A stretch of 64,000 nucleotides of DNA, taken from contig CM035362.1 of assembly GCA_020137815.1 (NCBI GenBank), positions 1,302,001-1,366,000 of the forward strand, in the 5' to 3' direction. This document shows positions 11,937 through 23,766 of the stretch, one piece after another. The notes beneath the pieces were generated by a model. The model ran no database searches, was not told where the DNA came from, and was given only the letters and a program-made list of their open reading frames with translations. The number at the start of each line of letters is the position of its first letter. Positions within the stretch are counted from its first letter, which is position 1. A program made the translations under genes and the position numbers. The DNA is from Hormiphora californensis. Taxonomy: Eukaryota; Animalia; Ctenophora.

Positions 11937-12905
11937 ATGTCGATAAAACCAGATCCCATACGAACGCTGCGGGCTCATCAGGGAGCAGTGACACGGGTGT
12001 CTTACAGTGCAACAGGTGAATACTGTCTAACATCGGGTGAGGATAAAACCATCACCTTATGGAACCCCGTTGAGGACGTGAAACTAAAAACGTATTCCGG
12101 TCACGGTCAATGTGTCAGAGATGTGACGGCGTCCCACGACAACTGTCATTTAGGCAGTGCAGGGGCTGACAGGTGTGCGTTTTATTGGGATGTTGCTACT
12201 GGGAAGACCCTACGAAGGTATCGGGGTCATGAGGCTATTGTAACATGTGTAAAGTTTAACTCCTCCTCCACGGTCCTTATCTCAGGGGGTCAGGACTCTC
12301 ATGTCCGACTCCACGATCTCAGATCACGGTCTTATGAGCCGATCCAAGTGTTGGATGATCCCAAAGACACGATTACGAGCATTGCAATTGGGGAAGAGGA
12401 GATAGTGGTCGGGTCCGTTGACGGGTGGTTGAGGTGTTACGATATCCGACTTGGAAAACTTCACGAAGATTTTATGGGTGAACCTATAACGAGTGTAACT
12501 CTGAGCAGTGACCATCAGAGCGTCTTGGTGGGGTGTCTAGATAGTACTGTGAGGCTCATTGACAAGGTCACCGGACAGTTGTTGAACGATTACACTGGAC
12601 ACACACACAAGCAACTCCAACTTCAGGCAGTTCCCTGGTGGGATGATTCTGGTGTCGTGGGGTTGTGTGAAAAGGGGAATATGTTCCACTGGGAGTTCCT
12701 CTCAGGGAAAGTCCTCCAGACCCTTCCTTTCCCCACGGGTGCGGGGATGAGTCAGACTGTAGCATCTCATCCAGTGCGGAAGCATGTGATAACCGGGCAC
12801 ATGGATGGTGGGGTTAGGGTTTGGGAGGTAAAGGGAGACAAGCCACCTGAGGAGGGGGAGAGGGAGAAGAGTATGAGCATGTGGGCATTACCTCCCCGAC
12901 AGTGA
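11937..12905 (+). CDS. WDR83: WD repeat protein 83 (MORG1), intronless
   Basis: HQGAV...GEYCLTSGEDKTITLWNP...LKTYSGHG...RRYRGH...DLRSRSYEPIQVL...GSVDG..RCYDIRLG; first ATG after the acceptor-like CAG is at 11937. Confidence 0.93.
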   Translation: MSIKPDPIRTLRAHQGAVTRVSYSATGEYCLTSGEDKTITLWNPVEDVKLKTYSGHGQCVRDVTASHDNCHLGSAGADRCAFYWDVATGKTLRRYRGHEAIVTCVKFNSSSTVLISGGQDSHVRLHDLRSRSYEPIQVLDDPKDTITSIAIGEEEIVVGSVDGWLRCYDIRLGKLHEDFMGEPITSVTLSSDHQSVLVGCLDSTVRLIDKVTGQLLNDYTGHTHKQLQLQAVPWWDDSGVVGLCEKGNMFHWEFLSGKVLQTLPFPTGAGMSQTVASHPVRKHVITGHMDGGVRVWEVKGDKPPEEGEREKSMSMWALPPRQ

Positions 12906-13134
12906 TGACGTTATTTTTTTATTGTTGTTTGATCTTTTTATTATAATAACTTGTTTCAGAAATCATTGACCTTTTTTGGTGTTGGACCTTGATATCAATT
13001 TTTATCGAAAATTTTCGCTGTTGATCCCATATATCCCAACATTGTTGAGCGGTTGTAGCCAGAGCTAGCTCGAAATCTACTACTCAAATTGTTATATCTT
13101 TCTAACGCTACACCCCATTCCCAGTTAGAAAATC

Positions 13135-14715
13135 ATGCATCCGAGTCAACAACCAACCTCCAAGCTGTTTGGTTCAGTTCAGGAAATCAATAATTACTAC
13201 TCACACTGTGAACATTGTGGTGTTAAGGTTAACAACTCTCTACTTGTTGAAATGGGCGTCCAAACGGAGTCTGTAAACCCATTCACCGCGGACATAGGCT
13301 GTCCAGACTGTTATCATTAAGGTTGAACCAGATCCCTCAGATACGGAGATGTTGGTAGATTCTTTGAGTCAGGGGTTCGTTAAATCAGAGGTTGTCTCGG
13401 AAGATGATGATATGTGGAAAGTGAATGATGAGCTTGGTAATGAAGTAGAAACCATTATATCTGAACTATCTGAAACTGTTACTCGTTCAGAATACTTCAA
13501 TTCCTCTGAGGTGCTCACAGATTTAAACACATCGCCTGGACCTAGTATAGACGGTACGTACATTTAGGGCCGCTAAACTTTCGCATATTATGTCAGCAAT
13601 GGTTTGTAGAGATGGTATCTCCTTCCGGCTTGATCAACAGGGACAAAATGAAATTACGGTGTTTTATTAAAACAAAATTTCATTTTGTCCCTGTTGATCA
13701 AGCCGGAAGGAGATACCATCTCTACAAACCATTATCATGCGGCTCATAAACAATTATCCGATACTTATCCTGTTATGTCAGCAAGTTCAACTTTACGTTT
13801 CTTTTAACCTACTTTAATTTTAATCGAATATAACAACACCACTTCTAATTTTCAGATCGTTCAATGTTACACACCAGTACTCCTGACGAACAATACGCCT
13901 CGTCGACAAAGACATTTTTCACGCCGGACCCTGACGGCAAATCGAACGTTCCGAAGGCGGTGTTCCGATGTAAAGTACGGAGTTGTCCAGACACCCTATG
14001 GTATAGGACTGAGGAGGAGCTTTATGCACACATCATATCAGATCACCCTGTTCTAAAACACCAGTGTGGGGAGTGTCCAATGTCCTTTAAAACAAGTACC
14101 CATCTGTCCCAACACATACTCAGACACACCGGGGTTAAACGCCATCAATGTGAGGAGTGCGGATTTAGATTTGGACGAAAAGGAGATCTCAAACGGCACC
14201 TAAAGACAGTTCATGGTTTGATCCCAGATGTAATACCAGATCCTATCGAAAAAGACCCCGATCAGCCGGTTTTACTTGGCAATCTACAAACTGTTCATAA
14301 TGTAAACCAGGATTCTGCTGTCGGAAAAGATCCTGAACAAACAGTTGTCAATGAGGGAAAGGAGGTCCGTGGTGAAGTCAATATCACCAACTGTAAAACG
14401 GGCATTGATCCCCAGATACCAACGATAGTAGTTCGAAGTTGCAAACGAAAACAGAAATATAATTGTCGAGTGGGGGGTTGTATAGTTGTGAAAGATTCCA
14501 GAGATGAGTTATATGAGCACATCAGATCTGATCACCCGGTCAAGAGACACCAGTGTAATGAATGTCCTATGTCATTTCACGATTTTAGCAAGTTAAATCA
14601 ACATATGTCGACACACAGTGGTGTTAAACCGTATAAATGTGAGGGTTGCTTTAAGAGATTTTCACGGAAAGGTGATAAAAAGAGACACTTCAAAACGTTT
14701 CATGGCGGGGACTAA
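13135..14715 (+). CDS. C2H2 zinc-finger gene A (2 exons; apparent +1 frameshift near 13297)
   Basis: Exon1 13135-13553 (phase-1 donor), exon2 13856-14715 with six C2H2 fingers; removing one G at 13297-8 restores DIAVQTVIIKVEP, homologous to gene B. Confidence 0.8.
13598..13733. repeat. Intronic perfect inverted repeat (~57-bp arms)
   Basis: AATGGTTTGTAGAGATGGTATCTCC...AAATT mirrored by AATTTCATTTTG...CTACAAACCATT. Confidence 0.9.
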
Positions 14716-15011
14716 TATATCGTTGTGTCGTGAATACTGTTTGTATAATAATGTACATGTACATGTTATTGCTGTTGTAGAAGTGTATATCAAAGTGTGT
14801 ACTGCAAGTACATATGTATAATATATGTTGCATCAATCATAATCTTAATTTTTATAGCGTTTTTTTAATTATATCGGGGTTGCGTCATAACTTACATTCC
14901 TGGGATGTGTTCTTTGAGCTAGATAAACTACCCTACGTGAACAGCATGTTCATTCACTGAAACATAACAAAGTTATTTTATTCAAATTGAAATCTAGGCT
15001 TGTAAATATCA

Positions 15012-15086
15012 ATTTCCCCCGCCCTGGTGAATGCCGAAGGCATTCACCAGGGTGCCTGTCCTGCCTTCACATTAGAGGCGGGGAAA
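15012..15086. mobile_element. Short hairpin element with sub-terminal repeat TTTCCCCGCC/GGCGGGGAAA (HINE/Helentron-like)
   Basis: GGTGAATGCCGAAGGCATTCACC hairpin; relatives at 44643-44993 and ~55141-55187. Confidence 0.5.
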
Positions 15087-15197
15087 CATAGCATTATGAA
15101 ACATAATGCGGTTATTCTTATTAAACAAACTAAGTGCTCAGTTCTTCAGCCCTGTTCATACAACCGAACTAAAATAATCATTTTATAGTTGAGGATC

Positions 15198-15932
15198 ATG
15201 GCACCTAGAAAGAATACAGGTCGAAAGTCAAAAGGAAAAGCTCGCCCTGCAACTACTCAGGATACAGTGGAGGTTTTCCAACAACCACATCCCGATTTAC
15301 CAACTAAAAGAGATATCCCCACTCACTGTGTTTATTGTGGATCTTTGTCTCAACTCCGACCTAAAGGATCGGTAGAAGTGGCCGTTCAAACGGAGTCTTT
15401 AGATCTTACTACAGTTGCAGTCCAAACTATCACCGTGGAATCAAATGATACCGAAATGTCGCTTTTTGACAATGTTCCGGAAATGAAAGCAGCACCACTT
15501 GAGGAACTGAAATTGGAAACAGAACCTGTGGGGGTAGATGAACTGAAATTGGAAACTAATGAGGATATGGCTGATATCACTGGACTTTCTCCTCGCTCTG
15601 AGGGACAACCTCTCGACTATGTAGATGTGGTTTCCGAGGCAGCAAACGTCCTCGTACAGTTACTGGAGCCAACACTGGAAATTGATAAAACAGATATTCC
15701 AGAAGTTCCAATTAAAACAGAACTTCTTGATCCGGAATCTACTACAACTGATCCACCAGTAGAAGAATCTTTCGGAGCGGCTGAAGGGGAACTATTTCCT
15801 GAATCACAGCCAGATTTCGTTGGAATGGACGTGAACAATGGTGTTCCTGGTTCTGATCCTATTGGCGATGTATCTTCCGATTTCAATGCCTCACCGGTTT
15901 CTATAAGTAAGTTTGGACAACTCATTTTCTTT

Positions 15933-16018
<86 letters not shown>

Positions 16019-16930
16019 GTCTCTCTCTTTCTCTGGATCTCTAGATCTATAACATTTTGTAAATTGTTTTCAGTTGATATACTGGATGAAGATGAATCCG
16101 TTGTAGAGGATGTTGTATCCGCTGAGATTCCTAGGATATCACTTGGTGGAACCCCCTCCTTCTTATCTAAACGACCTCGGCCCAGTAGATCAGATAACTC
16201 GAATGAAATGATCACTATTCACGACGACGGTAATGGCTGTTTCCGCTGTAGAATTAAAGGTTGTACTGTTTGGAGAAGGTCACGGTCGGAGTTGTACGAT
16301 CACATCAAAACCGATCATCCACCCCGACAGTATCAATGTACTGAGTGTCCCATGTCCTTTGATCTATCATCCAATTTGTCGAAACACAAGATGAGTCACA
16401 GTAGAGATACACCCCATAAATGTGAGGTGTGTGGAAAAGGTTTTTCTACACTTAGCGATTGCAACACCCACCAGCACTTTGTTCACCACAAAAAGACCTT
16501 CCCATGTCCCATTAAAAAGTGCAGAGCTAGAGAATCTTCAAAAAAGGAGTTGAATGAGCACATCAAAAGCAGTCACCCTGTGTTGAAGTTCAAGTGTAAT
16601 GTTTGTACCATGTCTTTTGAGCATGCTAGTGGGCTATCTCAGCACAAGTTAACCCATAGTCAAGAGAAACCGTTTTTATGCAAGCACTGTGGAAAACGCT
16701 TTTTGCTGCAATATGGCTTTGAGCAACACTTACTGATACACACCGGTGATCGATCACACAAGTGTGAGGTGTGTGGACGGGGTTTTACTCAAAAGTCGGG
16801 TCTTGCACGACATTTGTTGCTTCACACCGGCGAGAAACCTTACCCTTGCTCACTATGCGGAAAAACATTTAGGCAAACGTCTAATAGAAACAAGCACGAA
16901 GCAGTGTGTTGTAAGCGTCACCAAGTATAA
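15198..16930 (+). CDS. C2H2 zinc-finger gene B, isoform 1
   Basis: Exon1 15198-15906 (basic start, HCVYCG, VAVQT x2, acidic region; phase-1 GTAAGT donor), exon2 16074-16930 with about eight C2H2 fingers. Confidence 0.85.
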
Positions 16931-17079
16931 TGAACTATCTTGCTGGGAATTGTGTCATGTAATATAACTTCTCTTTAATTGTCAAATGTATCGTTTCTTT
17001 CTAGTAAAGACCTAGTCAAGTCCAATCTCGAGTCTACAAACTGACTATGAGTTTGTGGATGTCTAGATATTTTCCGCAG

Positions 17080-17897
17080 ATACAGATGAGTCAGCTGAAC
17101 AAGTAGATCCAAGTGGGCCTGGCAGCAGTGGTCTGAACCTTTCTTCTAATATTTTCTCAACAGCAATCTGTAAGTGCATAATTTCTTCCCTTGTTTAATT
17201 AATTCATTGCGTTTGGTGATTTTTAAAAAAACACTGCAGTTTCCATTTTTTTTCAGTGAGTTTTCTTCGTGACGAGGTTTTAACTGATGATACCCGCACT
17301 TCCAGTGGATTTAATCCGAAGGACATACAACCATCGAACCTTTTTAAAACTACTCCTGCAGGAGGATTTAGTCAGTTATCTAAACCATCAAGACTCTTTG
17401 AAACCGCTAGCAGTGGGTCTAGTCTGAATGTGTCACGGCCATCAAAGCTCTTTAAATCTGCTAGTAGTAACCAGCAGGAAACCAAGGCATCGAACCTTTT
17501 AGAAAATTCTAGTCAAGAGACATCCCAACCAACCGAAAATCATAATGATGATGAATCTAGTTATCCAATTTGTTATGCCAGTGCTGATCCGGACGGTAAA
17601 TTAAAGTGTAAAATGAAGGGTTGCTACGTTTTTAAAGCCACCCAAGATGATTTGTATGATCACATCAGGACTGATCACCCGATAAGAAAACACCGTTGCG
17701 ATGTCTGTCCCATGTCTTTTGACCGAATCTTCAACCTCTCGAGACATAAGGTGCTTCATGAAACAAAGAAAGCATATCAGTGTGGTTTGTGTGGTAAGAG
17801 GTTCTCTCAAAGAGGACATTGCGTTCGACATCAAAAGGTGAGGCATGGTGAAAAGTGTTACATTCGTGAATATCTTAGTAATAGTGCCGCTGAATGA
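17080..17897 (+). CDS. ATG-less zinc-finger cassette (exons 17080-17169, 17257-17897), probable alternative 3' end of gene B
   Basis: Both exons open in phase 1 with canonical CAG/GT sites; three C2H2 fingers; no in-frame ATG before the fingers. Confidence 0.65.
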
Positions 17898-18787
17898 TAA
17901 ATAGTGGGTGCGTGTTTGAGACTTTGATAAAATTCTGTTTTTTGTGCTGAGGTTAAATGTATCGTCATTATCTATAATGGTTAATTCATTCTGTTTAATA
18001 AACTTGGAAATTAATTTGAAGTTTTCTTAATCGCAAAAAAACCTAATACTAATGCAGTTGCATTTTATCTCTATCCCCATTACTTTAGAGATGAATCACA
18101 ACAATTCTACAAGTGATAATATCCGGATTAAAACGACGCCAAGACACTAATCCAAGGTTTGGACTAAGATATTTTTATCAATCTCACCCTTTAGATCCTG
18201 GTCCGATTATTTATGATTACCGTCTTTTATTAATCTGCAATTCCAACAACACGTGTTTTTCAGGCCAATTTGATCTGATTATAAGCGTTTGAATCAGCAA
18301 TCAAGCGAGGTTGGATTTGGGTGACTAAAGGTACCGGATTGGATATACGAATGATCCCATGGCCTTTATTTCGTCCAAAAGCTTCACTTCAAAGTTGATT
18401 TTAAACCCACTGACAACTAAACAATCATTCATCAATTCACCACTTTATTATTTAGCAAGTCACGATGTGGTGTGTGTGTGTGGAGGTTCACAACGAATGA
18501 TTAATACTAGAAGCCTTCTATTTTCCCTTCTATTAAAATAGTCATTCACTAACCACTAGTTTAGTATTTGTGTGACACCATTCATCTTTGATTGTTTTTA
18601 TTTCAAACTCTCAATTTCACCAAAATTTCACCTTACTGGAACAGCCCACAACAGTACCACTTGAGCCAGGCGCCTTCGGGGCGCAGTGCGAGGTACAGTC
18701 GAACCAAACCAAACCAAACCGCCCACACTAGTTGGGTGGTAAATACTTGGAAAATATAATGTAAACTGTTCATTTGTTTAGTAAACC

Positions 18788-19699
18788 ATGTCCGAAGGGT
18801 CGAAGCCAGTAAAAGTATATAAGATAGAGGGGGTTTTAACGCAGAAAGTTTCTAACCAGGAATCAAACAACATTCTGCTTAAAATTAAGCCAACTAATGC
18901 CGGAGCTATATCCTCGAATGAGATACCATATCATATCTCAGAAGTTGTGACTACACAACCCACTAGAAACATCAAGAGTGAAACTATCTTGGATCTGGTT
19001 CCCGAGTTAGACATTTTCAAACAAGAGCCAGTGGATGTTAAACAAGAGCCTATGGAAAAGGAAGATTTTTCCAATGTTCCTGAACTTTTTATTAAAGAGG
19101 AGCCTGATATTCCTGTCCATACCCACCACGGTAGTTTAACTGGGGGAGAATTGTTGGGTAAACATAATCACCAACAGCATGTTCACGAGAAAAAGCATAC
19201 ATTCTATTGTCAAGTTCGCGGTTGTCAAGTCAAGACGGATTCACAAAGGAAGTTGTTCGACCATATCACATCTGATCATCCACAGAAACGGTTTCAGTGT
19301 CCCATGTGTCCTAGATCATTTGATCAAACCTCCGATCTTTATAAACACAAGTTCACTCACAGCAACCTAAGACCACACCAATGTAAGGAGTGCGGGAAGA
19401 AGTTCAAGCTGCGAGGTTCATATGTCCGACACAGGAACGCTCATGTAGCCAGCACAAGTGAATGTGAGGTGTGTGGAAAAAAGTTGAAGATTTCTTCTCT
19501 AAAATCTCACATGATCATCCACGCCAGGGAGACTACTTTCTGTTGTAAACATTGTGCGAGGACGTTTTGCCGTTCTAAAAACAAAGATAAACACGAGGCT
19601 TCTTGTCCCTTGTCCCTCACATACGATGTGCTTCAAATGACAGCCCTCAAAATGTCAATCAAAATTGCGAGCCAAGTTGCATTAATTGATTTGCCGTAA
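18788..19699 (+). CDS. C2H2 zinc-finger gene C, intronless
   Basis: IKSE/FKQE/VKQE/IKEE SUMO-type motifs, then about five C2H2 fingers of the same family signature. Confidence 0.85.
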   Translation: MSEGSKPVKVYKIEGVLTQKVSNQESNNILLKIKPTNAGAISSNEIPYHISEVVTTQPTRNIKSETILDLVPELDIFKQEPVDVKQEPMEKEDFSNVPELFIKEEPDIPVHTHHGSLTGGELLGKHNHQQHVHEKKHTFYCQVRGCQVKTDSQRKLFDHITSDHPQKRFQCPMCPRSFDQTSDLYKHKFTHSNLRPHQCKECGKKFKLRGSYVRHRNAHVASTSECEVCGKKLKISSLKSHMIIHARETTFCCKHCARTFCRSKNKDKHEASCPLSLTYDVLQMTALKMSIKIASQVALIDLP

Positions 19700-19915
19700 A
19701 CTTTTTGACCCTTTTGTAAATTGCCATGTTTTATGTTTTGTGCACATGAATTGTTAAATATTAGTATACTTGTACAATAGATTTGGTGTAAGTTGTATTA
19801 TAATTTGTATTATAAGTTGTACCGTACCTGTATTTTACCGTACCTGTATTTTTTCTACTATCTGTCTTTGAATTTCTCCCTGATCCAGTTCACTTTTAAC
19901 TTTTAAAGCTTCGTT

Positions 19916-22900
19916 ATGGCTGCAAGGTCCCGTGACTACAGGGTTCGCCCACCGAAACCCAATACTGAGCTACTAGGGAGTGTTATCCATTACATTTGTT
20001 ACAATGAACTACGTATCTCTCCCGATGAGACAAAGATACTAGTCACTGAGGTGAATAGATTTAATAGAAATCACTGTTAGTTATTATGTACTATTAATTG
20101 TTTTTAACAAAGTTGAATTGTGGTAGGATATTTTACAAACTAAAGCACTGAAATCTTTAGGATATTTTCACAACGGAAAAAGACAGAAACGAACTGACAG
20201 CTTTGTTATTTGATGATTATGAATTCGGAGGAGTTTCATACATGCCCCAGGTACCATTTTATGTGTCGTTATTGTAGTAATTGTACTTAGCGGTTATTAT
20301 TTAGGAAATTAGAGACTCGCAGAGTCCATGTCTAAATTTATTTTCTCTCCTTGCTCTAGAGTCTAGTTCGCACTAAGATATATTTATTTCTCACTTCTTT
20401 ATTACAGGAGTTAGGATCCCTGCTAGGCTCGGGAAGAACATCTGGCATAGTTGTGAACATTGGAGCAAGTTACACAAGTGTAGTTCCCATCTACAAACTA
20501 AACATCCTTCGACAGTTCACTCAAGTTATCCCAATAGGTGAGCTGGGGGAGTTTTTTGTTGATAATGGGATCAAGGAAGTAATTTTAGTATTTTCTTGAT
20601 ATTTCCTTCTGGTGCTGATTCCCACACGCGCCCTCTGTACAACTGATGAATGGGGGAATCTCTCACATACACAGGGAGATCTCGGAGAGATAGATCGATT
20701 CTTCTGAATGAGATTTAAGAATTAAAGGAAGAAAATCGTTCATGGGACAAGGGACAGGTTGTTTTACTTTTAACTAATAGTCTCCTGACTTCTTCTTTAT
20801 CTTTTCAATCTGTCTTTTTAGGAGTTTTTTTTTTCTTTTCCAATACTGAATACATTCAACCTCAATTGACGGAGTCAAGGGGGAAGTTGAATTGTTCATA
20901 CTTTCTTTTTATTCTAAAAATCTCCCGTGCGGGAGCACGGAGACAGTGTCAAGCGACTCAAGGGGGAAGGATAATTGCTCGAAATGTTATCAAGGGTACA
21001 GTTTATTCCATTTTCCAATCCTTCTATCTTTCAGGTGGTAGGGATTGTTCGGCCACCCTATCAGCACTTCTCCTCTTGAGGAAAGATCTGAATCTATATC
21101 ACAGAGAACACGATTTAAAGCAGGATGTTGTTGATGATATAAAGGTAATAACGGAGTAATATATATATATTCCGGCTCACCACCGCCCCATCCTTCTCCC
21201 GTTCTGTGAATTTTTCTACACCCTCAACTCTGTGTTTATTGATTATGTTACCAAACAGCTAGATTTGGGTATATTTGTTACCAGTAACTTGAATTGGAGT
21301 TCTCACTGCGAGTATATTACCACCAGTATGATCTCCAAGTTCAATTTGTTGCGTAGGACGTGCTATTTTCTTAACAACAGTGCTAACAAGAGATCTCTTT
21401 ACCTGACCATGGTGCGTTCTCTAATTGAGCACTGTAGTCCTATCTGGTGTAACATCGGTAGGACTCAGTTGCTTTCTCTTGAGAAATTGCAGAAGAGAGT
21501 TGTCAAATGGATCAGAAATGAACCTATGGCATCATACAGCAATGTTCAATACGTGTCTTATCTCAAGGGTCTGAATATTCTTCCATTCAAGGAACTCTTC
21601 TTGTACAATGACCTGCGGCTGTTTTACCAGATTGTCTATAATATGGTACAGATTGACATTCCTGATTCTATAAGGCCAGTTAATGTTGCCGATCTTCGAC
21701 CTACGCGTCAAAATCGTGACATTATTGCTGGCCTAGACTGTACCACCCTTGTGGACACGAGTAACAGTCACAAGTGCTCCTCTACTTTGCGTGACAGCTT
21801 TTTCCACAGGACTACCAGGTCCTGGAATTTGCTGCCATACGAACTTCGACAGAGTGAAACTTTACCCATCTTTCTGACTAAGCTCAAGCTCAACCTTTTC
21901 AGTTATATTGATATCGATAATATTCTATGATTTTCCCATCACCCCACATCACTTCACCAACTCATCACATGAATGTTCCAATTGCAATACCGCTGCCACT
22001 TCTGCGGGTCGCCTACTCTCCTCGCGGCAGCCTCCCCTCTCTAACTGTAAATCTAGTCTAGTGGCAACAACGATATATTTTTAATTTATTTAATGTAAAC
22101 ATAAGCTACCTATAGAGGGGCTTCTTAAGTGCGGGATTCCTGCGTGAAGCCCTCAGACGCACGGCATGTGATATTATTTGATCTTTTAAAAAATGCAAAT
22201 TGTTTCCGTAACCGTTTGAAACTTCTTCCAATAAAAAAAAATGACGTTAAATCGTTAATAGAAACTGGGGGGTTCTCACCAGTGCAGGGGTGTGGTAGAG
22301 ATTTCGTGATCCTGGAACCACGAGTTTTCTATTTCACTCATGTAAAAATTATACCTATCACACCCCTGGGATGAACACTGCAATTCGTCAAAAAATCCTA
22401 CAATTTATATATAATTAGAAATATTATGAATGCCCCAATTACTTTCACAATATGTTTATTTGTTTTAGGAAAAACACGCAGAGGTAGCCAAGACTGTTAC
22501 AGATGCAATGGAAAGGGAAGTGAAGGAAATAACGTACGAATTGCCTGATTGTCAGGTGACTCAGCTAATCATTTGAAATACTTCTCTCTTTATTAGCATA
22601 TTTAACAATCTTCCTCTTTCTGCTTTCAGGGTAATAATCTTACTTTAATTATTCAACTAAGTGAATGATACATCTCACTAATTCACTAAATGTATGACGA
22701 GGAGAGATTTAAACAAATTACCACCATCCTGTGTTTCAGACTGTGAATGTAGGCCGTGAGCGCTTCCTCTGTACAGAGATCCTCTTCAGTCCCACAACTT
22801 GCTGGTAAAACCCATCCTGGTATGACAGATCTCATATCATCTGTGATCTCTAACCTTCGCTCCGACCTGCCCCCTACTGAGCATGAGGAGATCATCAAAT

Positions 22901-23288
22901 GGGTCGTACTCACCGGAGCCGGAACTATGCACTGTGGAATGACTGATCGAGTGAAGGAGGAGATAGGGAGGCTGCACGGGGACGGGATAAAGGTAGGTTT
23001 GTCATCTGGTAGGTAGGTTTGTGACCCTAGATGGGGCCTCGCCTCGCACACACAGACCTTCGTGCAGCAAAAAACATACGATTATGGTCAGACCATTATA
23101 ATGATCTAATAAGGAGTCATTTCTGTCAAATTATCTGTCATTTTCAGATAACTGCGCCCCCTGAACGAAGGAGCATTGCCTGGATGGGGGGTTCCATTGC
23201 CAGCTCGGTAGAAGGAATGCTTGCCTGGACTATGAAAGAGGAATATGAGGAATTCGGACCTGATATCATTCACCCAAGGTGTTACTAG
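19916..23288 (+). CDS. Divergent actin-related protein lacking the actin N-terminus; apparent +1 frameshift at ~22791
   Basis: Exons ~19916-20050, 20161-20250, 20408-20537, 21034-21144, 22469-22555, 22740-22992, 23148-23288; YNELRISPDE, SGRTSGIVVNIG, YELPD, GRERF, APPERRSIAWMGGSI, KEEYEEFGPDIIH. Confidence 0.85.
21200..22100 (+). mobile_element. 5'-truncated LINE (CR1/L2/Jockey group) RT C-terminus and 3' UTR in an actin-like gene intron
   Basis: ORF 21232-21930: DLGI...LNWSSH...LYLTMVRSLIEHCSPIW...SFFHRTTRSWNLLP. Confidence 0.85.
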
Positions 23289-23766
23289 TGATCAGTCACC
23301 AAGGTGTTACTAGTGATCAGTCACCAAGGTGTTACTAGTGATCAGTCACCAAGGTGTTACTAGTGATCAGTCACCAAGGTGTTACACCAAGGTGTTACTA
23401 GTGATCAGTCACCAAGGTGTTACTAGTGATCAGTCACCAAGGTGTTACACCAAGGTGTTACTAGTGATCAGTCACCAAGGTGTTACTAGTGATCAGTCAC
23501 CAAGGTGTTACACCAAGGTGTTACTAGTGATCAGTCACCAAGGTGTTACTAGTGATCAGTCACCAAGGTGTTACACCAAGGTGTTACTAGTGATCAGTCA
23601 CCAAGGTGTTACTAGTGATCAGTCACCAAGGTGTTTCACCAAGGTGTTACTAGTGATCAGTCACCAAGGTGTTACACCAAGGTGTTACTAGTGATCAGTC
23701 ACCAAGGTGTTACTAGTGATCAGTCACCAAGGTGTTACTAGTGATCAGTCACCAAGGTGTTACTAG
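23271..23766. repeat. Minisatellite, 25-bp unit CACCAAGGTGTTACTAGTGATCAGT with 13-bp variants
   Basis: Begins within the last codons and stop of the actin-like gene; 63-bp higher-order period (25+25+13). Confidence 0.95.

Noticed and set aside
23329-23691. 120-aa repetitive ORF
   Set aside because: Translation of the minisatellite
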